Assembly (NCBI RefSeq): GCF_009914755.1
Contig: NC_060940.1
DNA length: 64,000 nt
Source: the human T2T-CHM13v2.0 reference genome, Homo sapiens
Strand: one strand, 5' to 3'
Under the pieces are notes generated by a model, which worked only from the letters and a program-made list of their open reading frames with translations, was not told the DNA's origin and ran no database searches. The position numbers and the translations under genes are program-made. Of this stretch, positions 10,401 to 19,294 are shown in pieces. How positions within the stretch are numbered: position 1 is the first letter of the stretch; every line of letters starts with the position of its first letter.

Positions 10401-13400
10401 CCCCACCCCGTCCCCGGCGCCCTAGAACGCAGGCCCCCGGGAGCCGCGCAGACCCCGCGCCCCGGGTCCCGAGAGCCGCCGCCCTCCCCGAGGAGACCCG
10501 CAGCTCCCGGCGCCGCCGGCTGCCCCCCAGGAAGGACCCCAGGAAGAGGAAGGCTCGGGGCGGCGCCTGGGGCAAGGAGCTCATCCTGAAGATCGTGCAG
10601 CAGAAGAACAGGCGCCACCGGCGGCTGGGGCGGCGGGCGGGCAGGTGCGGCTCCCTGGCGGCGGGGAGGCCCCGGCCCGGAGCTGAGGACCGCAGGCTCC
10701 GCGAGTACGACTTCGCCTCGGAGTCCGAGGAGGACGAGCAGCCTCCGCCGCGGGGCCCCGGCTTCAGAGGCCGGCGGGGCCGAGGCGAGAAGAGGAAGGA
10801 AGTGGAGCTGACCCAGGGTCCCAGAGAGGATGAGCCACAGAAACCCCGGAAGGCGGCGAGGCAGGAAGCCGGCGGGGACGGAGCCCCCGCGAACCCCGAG
10901 GAGCCGGGCGGGTCTCGCCCGGGCCCCGGCAGGAGCCCTCAGGCCCGTGGCCCATCTCGAAGCCTGGAGACGGGAGCGGCCGCCAGGGAGGGAGGCCCCG
11001 AGTGTGCTGATCGCCCCTCAGTGGCCCCCAAGGATCCCCTGCAGGTCCCCACCAACACCGAGACCTCAGAGGAAACCCGCCCGTCGCTGGACTTTCCCCA
11101 GGAGGCCAAGGAGCCTGAAACTGCCGAAGAGTCAGCCCCGGACAGCACAGAATTCACAGAGGCTTTGCGTTCTCCTCCAGCCGCCTGTGCGGGAGAAATG
11201 GGAGCAAGCCCCGGTCTCCTGATACCAGAGCAGCCGCCGCCCAGCAGACATGACACCGGCACCCCCAAGCCGTCGGGAAGCCTCGCCAACACGGCGCCCC
11301 ACGGAAGCTCGCCAACGCCAGGTGTGGGCAGCCTGCTGGGTGGTCCTGGGGGCACACAGGCCCCAGTCTCCCACAACAGCAAGGACCCCCCTGCCCGCCA
11401 GCCTGGAGAATTTCTGGCACCCGTGGCTAACCCCTCAAGTACCGCCTGCCCCAAACCCAGTGTTCTGTCTTCAAAGATCTCCAGTTTTGGCTGTGACCCT
11501 GCTGGTTTTAACAGAGACCCCTTGGGGGTTCCAGTTGCCAAAAAGGGGCCTCAGCCCTACAGCAGCCCCCACAGTGAGTTGTTCCTCGGACCCAAAGACC
11601 TGGCTGGCTGTTTCCTGGAAGAACTGCACCCCAAGCCCTCAGCCAGGGATGCCCCGCCGGCCAGCAGCTCCTGCCTTTGCCAGGACGGCGAGGATGCCGG
11701 TTCCCTCGAGCCACAGCTGCCAAGGAGCCCACCTGGCACCGCTGAGACGGAGCCAGGCAGGGCTGCATCGCCACTGACCTTGGAGTCCTCATCCCTCTTC
11801 CCAGACCTGCCGGTGGACAGATTCGACCCACCCCTCTATGGCAGCCTGTCGGCGAACAGGGACTCCGGTCTGCCGTTCGCATGTGCCGACCCTCCCCAGA
11901 AGACGGTGCCGTCAGATCCACCGTACCCCTCTTTTTTGCTGCTTGAGGAAGTATCCCCGATGCTGCCTAGCCATTTTCCTGATCTCTCGGGGGGAAAGGT
12001 GCTCAGTAAGACGTGTCCCCCTGAACGGACAGTGGTTCCCGGCGCCGCCCCATCTTTGCCTGGGAAGGGGAGTGGATGTAGCGTTGCTCTTATGAGTCAC
12101 CTGTCCGAGGATGAACTGGAGATCCAGAAATTGGTCACCGAATTAGAAAGTCAGCTGCAAAGGAGCAAAGACACACGTGGGGCCCCGAGAGAGCTTGCAG
12201 AAGCTGAGTCGGTGGGCAGGGTGGAGCTCGGCACAGGCACAGAGCCACCCTCCCAACGGCGCACCTGCCAGGCCACCGTGCCCCACGAGGACACGTTCTC
12301 GGCAGCTGACCTCACGCGCGTTGGAGAATCCACTGCACATCGGGAGGGTGCGGAATCGGCTGTGGCCACCGTGGAAGCGGTTCAGGGGAGGCCTGGGGGG
12401 ACGTGGCCCTGCCCAGCCTCCTTCCATCCGGGACATGCAGCCCTTCTCCCCTGTGCCCAGGAAGACCTGGTTTCTGGGGCTCCTTTCAGCCCCAGGGGAG
12501 CCAACTTCCATTTTCAGCCAGTGCAGAAAGCCGGAGCCTCCAAGACTGGACTTTGCCAGGCAGAAGGAGACAGCAGGCCCCCCCAAGATGTCTGCCTGCC
12601 TGAGCCCAGCAAGCAGCCTGGCCCACAGCTGGATGCCGGGAGTTTAGCAAAGTGCAGCCCCGACCAGGAACTTTCATTTCCTAAGAATAAGGAGGCCGCC
12701 AGCTCACAAGAAAGTGAAGACTCCCTGCGGCTGCTTCCCTGTGAACAGAGAGGAGGGTTCCTCCCAGAGCCCGGCACAGCAGACCAGCCCCACCGAGGGG
12801 CCCCTGCTCCAGAAGCTTTTGGCAGCCCTGCTGTCCATCTGGCCCCTGACTTGGCATTTCAGGGTGACGGGGCTCCACCTCTGGATGCCACCTGGCCTTT
12901 TGGTGCCAGTCCCAGCCATGCTGCCCAGGGACATTCTGCAGGCAGAGCAGGTGGGCACCTCCACCCCACGGCAGGGAGGCCTGGCTTTGAGGGTAATGAG
13001 TTTGCACCGGCGGGGGCCTCCTCACTGACTGCCCCCCGGGGCAGGGAGGCTTGGTTGGTCCCTGTGCCAAGTCCCGCCTGTGTATCCAACACGCACCCTA
13101 GCAGGAGGTCCCAGGACCCAGCTTTGAGCCCCCCCATACGTCAGCTCCAGCTCCCAGGGCCTGGAGTGGCTAAGAGTAAAGATGGCATCCTGGGCTTGCA
13201 GGAGCTGACACCTGCTGCCCAGAGCCCTCCACGAGTGAACCCCTCAGGTCTGGAAGGGGGCACTGTGGAAGGAGGGAAGGTGGCCTGTGGCCCCGCCCAG
13301 GGCTCCCCAGGGGGTGTGCAGGTGACAACTCTCCCTGCAGTGGCCGGACATCAGCTGGGGCTGGAGGCAGATGGACATTGGGGCTTGCTTGGCCAAGCCG

Positions 13401-16400
13401 AGAAAACCCAGGGCCAAGGCACAGCCAACCAGCTTCAGCCAGAGAACGGGGTGAGCCCAGGGGGCACGGACAACCACGCCTCAGTCAATGCCAGTCCCAA
13501 AACAGCGCTGACCGGCCCCACCGAGGGTGCAGTCCTGCTAGAGAAATGCAAGGGAAGCAGGGCAGCCATGAGCCTTCAGGAGGAGGCCGAGCCCACCCCA
13601 AGCCCCCCGTCCCCTAATAGGGAGTCCCTGGCGCTGGCCTTGACAGCAGCCCACAGCCGAAGTGGATCTGAGGGCCGGACTCCAGAGAGGGCGTCCAGCC
13701 CCGGCCTGAACAAGCCACTGCTGGCCACAGGGGATAGCCCAGCACCCTCTGTCGGGGACCTGGCCGCCTGCGCCCCCTCACCCACTTCAGCCGCCCACAT
13801 GCCCTGCAGCCTTGGGCCCCTGCCCCGTGAAGACCCACTTACCTCGCCTTCCAGGGCCCAAGGTGGGCTGGGGGGGCAGCTGCCAGCATCTCCGTCCTGC
13901 AGGGACCCTCCCGGCCCCCAGCAGCTGCTGGCCTGTTCTCCTGCCTGGGCACCTCTGGAAGAGGCAGATGGCGTCCAAGCCACGACAGATACTGGGGCTG
14001 AGGATTCCCCGGTGGCTCCCCCGTCTTTGACAACAAGCCCCTGCGATCCCAAGGAAGCCCTGGCTGGTTGCCTTCTCCAGGGGGAGGGCAGCCCCCTGGA
14101 AGACCCTTCCTCCTGGCCTCCTGGCTCCGTCAGTGCTGTAACCTGCACTCACAGTGGGGACACCCCCAAAGACAGCACTTTAAGAATTCCAGAGGATTCC
14201 AGAAAAGAGAAGCTGTGGGAGTCTCCTGGCCGAGCCACCTCTCCTCCTCTGGCAGGGGCCGTCTCCCCCAGCGTGGCCGTCAGGGCTACTGGCCTGTCCA
14301 GCACTCCCACCGGAGATGAGGCACAGGCAGGCAGGGGACTCCCAGGGCCAGACCCCCAGAGCAGGGGAGCCCCGCCCCACACCAACCCTGACAGGATGCC
14401 CAGGGGCCACTCCTCGTATTCTCCAAGCAATACTGCCCGCCTCGGCCACAGGGAGGGCCAGGCTGTCACAGCTGTGCCCACTGAGCCTCCCACGCTACAG
14501 GGTGCAGGGCCGGACTCCCCCGCCTGCCTGGAAGGTGAGATGGGGACCAGCAGCAAGGAGCCGGAGGACCCAGGGACCCCTGAGACCGGGCGCTCTGGTG
14601 CTACCAAGATGCCCAGGGTCACCTGCCCTTCCACAGGACTGGGCTTGGGAAGAACCACAGCCCCAAGCAGCACAGCCAGTGACTTCCAGTCTGACTCCCC
14701 CCAAAGCCACAGAAATGCCTCCCACCAGACTCCCCAGGGGGACCCCCTCGGCCCCCAAGACCTCAAACAGAGGTCCCGTGGCTATAAAAAGAAGCCTGCA
14801 TCTACAGAGAACGGCCAGTGGAAGGGCCAAGCTCCACATGGGCCTGTGACCTGTGAGGTCTGCGCAGCCTCCTTCCGCTCCGGGCCGGGCCTGAGCCGGC
14901 ACAAGGCCAGGAAGCACCGGCCACACCCGGGAGCCCCCGCGGAGCCGAGCCCAGCGGCCTTGCCTGCTCAGCAGCCTCTAGAGCCCCTAGCCCAAAAGTG
15001 CCAGCCGCCCAGGAAGAAAAGCCACAGGGTGTCTGGGAAGGAGAGACCAAATCACTCACGGGGAGACCCCAGCCACGTCACCCAGCCACCGCCTGCCCAG
15101 GGCTCAAAGGAGGTTCTCAGAGCACCGGGGTCCCCACACAGCCAGCAGCTGCACCCTCCAAGCCCTACTGAGCATGAGGTAGATGTGAAGACTCCGGCCT
15201 CCAAGCCCAGACCAGACCAGGCCAGGGAAGATGAGCTGCATCCCAAACAGGCAGAAAAAAGAGAAGGCCGGAGGTGGCGCCGAGAGCCCACCGTGGACTC
15301 TCCTAGCCACTCAGAGGGGAAGTCAAATAAGAAAAGGGGAAAGCTGAGAGGGAGAAGGCTCCGGGAGGAGAGCATTCTTCCAGTCTCTGCTGATGTGATT
15401 TCAGATGGGCGCGGCTCCAGACCATCCCCTGCAATGGCCAGTTACGCAGCCTCTCCGAGCCACTGCCTCTCTGTGGAAGGAGGGCCTGAGGCTGACGGGG
15501 AGCAGCCGCCTCGCTTGGCCACTCTGGGACCTGGGGTGATGGAGGGTGCAGCGGAGACTGACCAGGAGGCTCTGTGTGCAGGGGAGACTGGGGCCCAGAA
15601 GCCACCTGGAGATCGGATGCTGTGTCCAGGGAGGATGGATGGTGCAGCTCTGGGGGAACAGCCAACTGGGCAGAAGGGAGCCTCGGCAAGGGGGTTCTGG
15701 GGACCAAGAGAGACCAAGGCGTTGGGTGTGTGCAAAGAGTCTGGGAGCGAGCCTGCGGAGGTCAGCAGCAGGGCCCACAGCCGATCAGAGGAAGGTGTCT
15801 GGGAGGAGAACACGCCCCCCTTGGGCCCCCTGGGTTTTCCCGAGACTTCCAGCTCTCCGGCGGACAGCACCACCAGCAGCTGCCTCCAGGGCCTCCCGGA
15901 CAACCCAGACACCCAGGGTGGAGTCCAGGGGCCTGAAGGCCCCACTCCTGATGCCTCTGGCTCCAGTGCCAAGGATCCTCCAAGCTTGTTTGATGATGAG
16001 GTCTCTTTCTCCCAGCTCTTCCCTCCAGGCGGTCGTTTGACTAGAAAGAGGAACCCGCGTGTCTACGGGAAGCGCTGTGAGAAGCCGGTGCTCCCGCTGC
16101 CAACCCAGCCCAGCTTTGAGGAGGGCGGTGACCCCACGCTGGGCCCAGCCCGCCTGCCCACGGACCTCAGCGACTCCAGCTCCCTCTGCCTCTGCCATGA
16201 GGACCCGTGGGAGGACGAGGATCCCGCAGGTCTGCCCGAGTCCTTCCTCCTGGATGGGTTCCTCAATAGCAGGGTGCCTGGCATTGACCCCTGGGCCCCC
16301 GGCCTCAGCCTGTGGGCCCTGGAGCCCAGCAGGGAAGCTGGTGCAGAGAAGCTGCCCTCCCACTGCCCCGAGGACGATCGGCCGGAGGCCATTCCTGAGC

Positions 16401-19294
16401 TGCACATGGTCCCAGCGGCTTGGCGAGGCCTGGAGATGCCGGCCCCTGCCGATGACTCCTCCTCTTCTCTCGGAGATGTGAGCCCCGAGCCCCCCAGCCT
16501 GGAGAGAGAACGCTGTGACGGTGGGCTTCCCGGGAACACCCACCTGCTGCCGCTCCGTGCCACGGACTTTGAGGTGCTCAGCACCAAGTTTGAGATGCAA
16601 GACCTGTGCTTTCTGGGACCCTTTGAAGACCCCGTGGGTCTCCCCGGCCCCAGCTTCTTAGACTTCGAGGGCACGGCGAGCTCACAGGGGCCACAGAGCC
16701 GAAGGACAGAGGAGGCTGCAGGGGCAGGGAGGGCCCAAGGCAGAGGCCGGCCGGCCAAGGGCAGGCGGGCCTCCTACAAGTGCAAAGTGTGCTTCCAGCG
16801 CTTCCGCAGCCTGGGCGAGCTGGACCTGCACAAGCTGGCCCACACGCCCGCGCCGCCGCCCACCTGCTACATGTGCGTGGAGCGCAGGTTTGGCTCGCGG
16901 GAGCTGCTGCGGGGGCACCTGCAGGAGAGGCACGCGCAGAGCAAGGCCGGGCCCTGGGCGTGCGGCATGTGCCTGAAGGAGGTGGCCGACGTCTGGATGT
17001 ACAACGAGCACCTGCGTGAGCACGCGGTCCGCTTCGCCCGCAGGGGGCAGGCGCGGAGGTCCTTGGGGGACCTGCCCGGAGGCCTGGAGGGCAGCAGCGC
17101 TGTCGCCCACCTTCTGAACAGCATCACGGAACCCGCGCCCAAACACCACAGGGGCAAGCGCTCCGCCGGCAAGGCCGCCGGGAGCCCGGGAGACCCGTGG
17201 GGGCAAGAGGGAGAAGCCAAGAAAGACAGCCCGGGCGAGAGGGCGAAACCCCGGGCACGCAGCACCCCCAGCAACCCAGACGGGGCCGCGACCCCAGACA
17301 GCGCCTCTGCCACCGCCCTGGCTGACGCCGGCAGCCCGGGCCCCCCCAGGACGACCCCCAGCCCGTCCCCCGACCCCTGGGCCGGCGGGGAGCCCCTCCT
17401 GCAAGCCACCCCGGTGCACGAGGCCTGCAAGGACCCCTCCCGCGACTGCCACCACTGCGGGAAGCGCTTCCCCAAGCCCTTCAAGCTGCAGCGCCACCTG
17501 GCGGTGCACAGCCCGCAGCGCGTCTACCTGTGCCCCCGGTGCCCCCGGGTCTACCCCGAGCACGGGGAGCTGCTGGCACACCTGGGCGGGGCGCACGGGC
17601 TGCTGGAGCGGCCGGAGCTGCAGCACACGCCGCTGTATGCCTGCGAGCTCTGCGCCACGGTTATGCGCATCATCAAGAAGTCCTTCGCCTGCAGCTCCTG
17701 CAACTACACCTTCGCCAAGAAGGAGCAGTTCGACCGCCACATGAACAAGCACCTCAGGGGGGGGCGGCAGCCCTTCGCGTTCCGCGGCGTGCGGAGGCCG
17801 GGAGCGCCGGGACAGAAGGCCCGGGCCCTCGAGGGCACACTGCCCAGCAAACGGCGCAGGGTGGCCATGCCCGGCAGTGCCCCTGGGCCCGGCGAGGACA
17901 GGCCTCCTCCCCGGGGAAGCAGCCCCATCCTGAGTGAGGGCTCTCTCCCGGCCCTGCTCCACCTGTGTTCGGAGGTGGCTCCCAGCACCACCAAGGGATG
18001 GCCCGAGACCCTAGAGAGGCCTGTAGACCCCGTGACCCACCCGATCAGAGGTTGTGAGCTGCCATCCAACCACCAGGAGTGTCCCCCGCCGTCTCTGTCT
18101 CCCTTCCCAGCTGCCTTGGCTGATGGCAGAGGAGACTGCGCGCTGGACGGAGCCCTGGAGAGGCCAGAGAACGAGGCTTCCCCAGGCAGCCCCGGGCCTC
18201 TTCTCCAGCAAGCTCTCCCTCTGGGGGCATCTCTGCCGCGGCCGGGAGCCAGAGGCCAAGATGCGGAGGGAAAGAGGGCTCCTCTCGTGTTCTCAGGGAA
18301 ACGCAGGGCCCCGGGTGCCCGTGGCAGGTGTGCCCCTGACCATTTCCAGGAAGACCACCTACTTCAGAAAGAGAAGGAGGTGTCCTCAAGCCACATGGTG
18401 TCTGAGGGGGGGCCCCGAGGCGCCTTCCACAAGGGCAGCGCCACCAAGCCTGCGGGCTGCCAGAGCTCATCAAAGGACAGGTCGGCAGCATCCACCCCCA
18501 GCAAAGCACTCAAGTTCCCAGTGCACCCAAGGAAGGCGGTGGGGAGCCTGGCACCCGGGGAGCTGGCCCGTGGCACAGAGAATGGGATGAAGCCCGCCAC
18601 CCCCAAAGCCAAACCCGGCCCCAGCTCCCAGGGCAGTGGAAGCCCTCGCCCCGGCACCAAGACAGGAGGTGGCAGCCAGCCCCAGCCAGCCAGCGGGCAG
18701 CTCCAGAGCGAGACAGCCACCACCCCAGCCAAGCCCAGCTTCCCCAGCCGGAGCCCTGCACCAGAGAGGCTCCCCGCTCGAGCCCAAGCCAAGAGCTGCA
18801 CCAAGGGGCCAAGGGAAGCTGGTGAGCAGGGGCCCCACGGGAGCCTAGGTCCCAAGGAGAAGGGAGAGAGCAGTACGAAGAGGAAAAAGGGCCAGGTCCC
18901 AGGGCCAGCCAGGAGTGAAAGTGTGGGGAGCTTCGGGAGAGCCCCCTCAGCCCCTGACAAGCCCCCCCGGACCCCTCGGAAGCAGGCAACTCCCAGCCGC
19001 GTGCTCCCGACCAAGCCCAAGCCCAACAGCCAGAACAAACCCAGGCCGCCACCATCAGAGCAGCGGAAGGCAGAGCCGGGCCACACACAGAGGAAGGACA
19101 GACTGGGCAAGGCCTTCCCCCAGGGGAGACCCCTGCTCAGGCCCCCCAAGAGGGGCACAGCTGTCCACGGTGCTGAACCTGCCGAGCCGCACACCCACCG
19201 GACGGCCGAGGCCCAGAGTGACCTCCTCAGCCAGCTCTTCGGGCAGAGACTAACTGGCTTCAAAATCCCTTTAAAGAAAGATGCTTCTGAGTAA
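7433..19294 (+). CDS. ZNF469: Zinc finger protein 469 (3953 aa, single coding exon; brittle cornea syndrome gene, ECM regulator)
   Basis: 11.86-kb uninterrupted ORF MPGERPRGAPPPTMTGDLQ...FKIPLKKDASE, start context ggggccATG, Pro/Gly/Ser-rich, with C2H2 fingers; adjacent to ZFPM1. Confidence 0.99.
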   Translation: MPGERPRGAPPPTMTGDLQPRQVASSPGHPSQPPLEDNTPATRTTKGAREAGGQAQAMELPEAQPRQARDGELKPPSLRGQAPSSTPGKRGSPQTPPGRSPLQAPSRLAGRAEGSPPQRYILGIASSRTKPTLDETPENPQLEAAQLPEVDTPQGPGTGAPLRPGLPRTEAQPAAEELGFHRCFQEPPSSFTSTNYTSPSATPRPPAPGPPQSRGTSPLQPGSYPEYQASGADSWPPAAENSFPGANFGVPPAEPEPIPKGSRPGGSPRGVSFQFPFPALHGASTKPFPADVAGHAFTNGPLVFAFHQPQGAWPEEAVGTGPAYPLPTQPAPSPLPCYQGQPGGLNRHSDLSGALSPPGAAHSAPSPFSDSLHKSLTKILPERPPSAQDGLGSTRGPPSSLPQRHFPGQAYRASGVDTSPGPPDTELAAPGPPPARLPQLWDPTAAPYPTPPGGPLAATRSMFFNGQPSPGQRLCLPQSAPLPWPQVLPTARPSPHGMEMLSRLPFPAGAPEWQGGSQGALGTAGKTPGPREKLPAVRSSQGGSPALFTYNGMTDPGAQPLFFGVAQPQVSPHGTPSLPPPRVVGASPSESPLPSPATNTAGSTCSSLSPMSSSPANPSSEESQLPGPLGPSAFFHPPTHPQETGSPFPSPEPPHSLPTHYQPEPAKAFPFPADGLGAEGAFQCLEETPFPHEGPEVGRGGLQGFPRAPPPYPTHHFSLSSASLDQLDVLLTCRQCDRNYSSLAAFLAHRQFCGLLLARAKDGHQRSPGPPGLPSPPAAPRVPADAHAGLLSHAKTFLLAGDAQAEGKDDPLRTGFLPSLAATPFPLPASDLDMEDDAKLDSLITEALNGMEYQSDNPEIDSSFIDVFADEEPSGPRGPSSGHPLKSKAGVTPESKAPPPLPAATPDPQTPRPGDRGCPARGRPKTRSLGLAPTEADAPSQGRQQRRGKQLKLFRKDLDSGGAAEGSGSGGGGRASGLRPRRNDGLGERPPPRPRRPRTQAPGSRADPAPRVPRAAALPEETRSSRRRRLPPRKDPRKRKARGGAWGKELILKIVQQKNRRHRRLGRRAGRCGSLAAGRPRPGAEDRRLREYDFASESEEDEQPPPRGPGFRGRRGRGEKRKEVELTQGPREDEPQKPRKAARQEAGGDGAPANPEEPGGSRPGPGRSPQARGPSRSLETGAAAREGGPECADRPSVAPKDPLQVPTNTETSEETRPSLDFPQEAKEPETAEESAPDSTEFTEALRSPPAACAGEMGASPGLLIPEQPPPSRHDTGTPKPSGSLANTAPHGSSPTPGVGSLLGGPGGTQAPVSHNSKDPPARQPGEFLAPVANPSSTACPKPSVLSSKISSFGCDPAGFNRDPLGVPVAKKGPQPYSSPHSELFLGPKDLAGCFLEELHPKPSARDAPPASSSCLCQDGEDAGSLEPQLPRSPPGTAETEPGRAASPLTLESSSLFPDLPVDRFDPPLYGSLSANRDSGLPFACADPPQKTVPSDPPYPSFLLLEEVSPMLPSHFPDLSGGKVLSKTCPPERTVVPGAAPSLPGKGSGCSVALMSHLSEDELEIQKLVTELESQLQRSKDTRGAPRELAEAESVGRVELGTGTEPPSQRRTCQATVPHEDTFSAADLTRVGESTAHREGAESAVATVEAVQGRPGGTWPCPASFHPGHAALLPCAQEDLVSGAPFSPRGANFHFQPVQKAGASKTGLCQAEGDSRPPQDVCLPEPSKQPGPQLDAGSLAKCSPDQELSFPKNKEAASSQESEDSLRLLPCEQRGGFLPEPGTADQPHRGAPAPEAFGSPAVHLAPDLAFQGDGAPPLDATWPFGASPSHAAQGHSAGRAGGHLHPTAGRPGFEGNEFAPAGASSLTAPRGREAWLVPVPSPACVSNTHPSRRSQDPALSPPIRQLQLPGPGVAKSKDGILGLQELTPAAQSPPRVNPSGLEGGTVEGGKVACGPAQGSPGGVQVTTLPAVAGHQLGLEADGHWGLLGQAEKTQGQGTANQLQPENGVSPGGTDNHASVNASPKTALTGPTEGAVLLEKCKGSRAAMSLQEEAEPTPSPPSPNRESLALALTAAHSRSGSEGRTPERASSPGLNKPLLATGDSPAPSVGDLAACAPSPTSAAHMPCSLGPLPREDPLTSPSRAQGGLGGQLPASPSCRDPPGPQQLLACSPAWAPLEEADGVQATTDTGAEDSPVAPPSLTTSPCDPKEALAGCLLQGEGSPLEDPSSWPPGSVSAVTCTHSGDTPKDSTLRIPEDSRKEKLWESPGRATSPPLAGAVSPSVAVRATGLSSTPTGDEAQAGRGLPGPDPQSRGAPPHTNPDRMPRGHSSYSPSNTARLGHREGQAVTAVPTEPPTLQGAGPDSPACLEGEMGTSSKEPEDPGTPETGRSGATKMPRVTCPSTGLGLGRTTAPSSTASDFQSDSPQSHRNASHQTPQGDPLGPQDLKQRSRGYKKKPASTENGQWKGQAPHGPVTCEVCAASFRSGPGLSRHKARKHRPHPGAPAEPSPAALPAQQPLEPLAQKCQPPRKKSHRVSGKERPNHSRGDPSHVTQPPPAQGSKEVLRAPGSPHSQQLHPPSPTEHEVDVKTPASKPRPDQAREDELHPKQAEKREGRRWRREPTVDSPSHSEGKSNKKRGKLRGRRLREESILPVSADVISDGRGSRPSPAMASYAASPSHCLSVEGGPEADGEQPPRLATLGPGVMEGAAETDQEALCAGETGAQKPPGDRMLCPGRMDGAALGEQPTGQKGASARGFWGPRETKALGVCKESGSEPAEVSSRAHSRSEEGVWEENTPPLGPLGFPETSSSPADSTTSSCLQGLPDNPDTQGGVQGPEGPTPDASGSSAKDPPSLFDDEVSFSQLFPPGGRLTRKRNPRVYGKRCEKPVLPLPTQPSFEEGGDPTLGPARLPTDLSDSSSLCLCHEDPWEDEDPAGLPESFLLDGFLNSRVPGIDPWAPGLSLWALEPSREAGAEKLPSHCPEDDRPEAIPELHMVPAAWRGLEMPAPADDSSSSLGDVSPEPPSLERERCDGGLPGNTHLLPLRATDFEVLSTKFEMQDLCFLGPFEDPVGLPGPSFLDFEGTASSQGPQSRRTEEAAGAGRAQGRGRPAKGRRASYKCKVCFQRFRSLGELDLHKLAHTPAPPPTCYMCVERRFGSRELLRGHLQERHAQSKAGPWACGMCLKEVADVWMYNEHLREHAVRFARRGQARRSLGDLPGGLEGSSAVAHLLNSITEPAPKHHRGKRSAGKAAGSPGDPWGQEGEAKKDSPGERAKPRARSTPSNPDGAATPDSASATALADAGSPGPPRTTPSPSPDPWAGGEPLLQATPVHEACKDPSRDCHHCGKRFPKPFKLQRHLAVHSPQRVYLCPRCPRVYPEHGELLAHLGGAHGLLERPELQHTPLYACELCATVMRIIKKSFACSSCNYTFAKKEQFDRHMNKHLRGGRQPFAFRGVRRPGAPGQKARALEGTLPSKRRRVAMPGSAPGPGEDRPPPRGSSPILSEGSLPALLHLCSEVAPSTTKGWPETLERPVDPVTHPIRGCELPSNHQECPPPSLSPFPAALADGRGDCALDGALERPENEASPGSPGPLLQQALPLGASLPRPGARGQDAEGKRAPLVFSGKRRAPGARGRCAPDHFQEDHLLQKEKEVSSSHMVSEGGPRGAFHKGSATKPAGCQSSSKDRSAASTPSKALKFPVHPRKAVGSLAPGELARGTENGMKPATPKAKPGPSSQGSGSPRPGTKTGGGSQPQPASGQLQSETATTPAKPSFPSRSPAPERLPARAQAKSCTKGPREAGEQGPHGSLGPKEKGESSTKRKKGQVPGPARSESVGSFGRAPSAPDKPPRTPRKQATPSRVLPTKPKPNSQNKPRPPPSEQRKAEPGHTQRKDRLGKAFPQGRPLLRPPKRGTAVHGAEPAEPHTHRTAEAQSDLLSQLFGQRLTGFKIPLKKDASE
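9629..9691 (+). other. ZNF469: ZNF469 CCHC zinc finger (C-x2-C-x12-H-x3-C)
   Basis: CRQCDRNYSSLAAFLAHRQFC. Confidence 0.8.
9750..11000. promoter_or_regulatory. Intragenic CpG-rich island within the ZNF469 CDS
   Basis: Visibly high CG density (many cgcg, ggcggcgg) compared with flanks; boundaries approximate. Confidence 0.7.
14852..14917 (+). other. ZNF469: ZNF469 isolated C2H2 zinc finger
   Basis: CEVCAASFRSGPGLSRHKARKH. Confidence 0.9.
16781..17023 (+). other. ZNF469: ZNF469 C2H2 finger cluster 1 (three fingers)
   Basis: CKVC..HKLAH (16781-16843), CYMC..HLQERH (16865-16933), CGMC..HLREH (16961-17023). Confidence 0.9.
17447..17752 (+). other. ZNF469: ZNF469 C2H2 finger cluster 2 (three fingers plus an orphan CxxC)
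   Basis: CHHC..HLAVH (17447-17509), CPRC..HLGGAH (17531-17596), CELC at 17642, CSSC..HMNKH (17690-17752). Confidence 0.9.

Larger units (their letters stand above)
16680..17900. promoter_or_regulatory. Second intragenic CpG-rich island over the ZNF469 finger clusters
   Basis: High CG density; boundaries approximate. Confidence 0.65.

Noticed and set aside
9649-10618. Long antisense ORFs (311 aa and 263 aa)
   Set aside because: Shadows of the GC-rich sense CDS with no independent evidence
16682-17962. 426-aa antisense ORF over the zinc-finger clusters
   Set aside because: Expected from strong GC3 codon bias in the sense frame; no recognisable domain
7433-19294. Collagen-like triple-helical domain in ZNF469
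   Set aside because: Gly/Pro-rich, but no sustained Gly-X-Y periodicity is visible; the similarity is compositional
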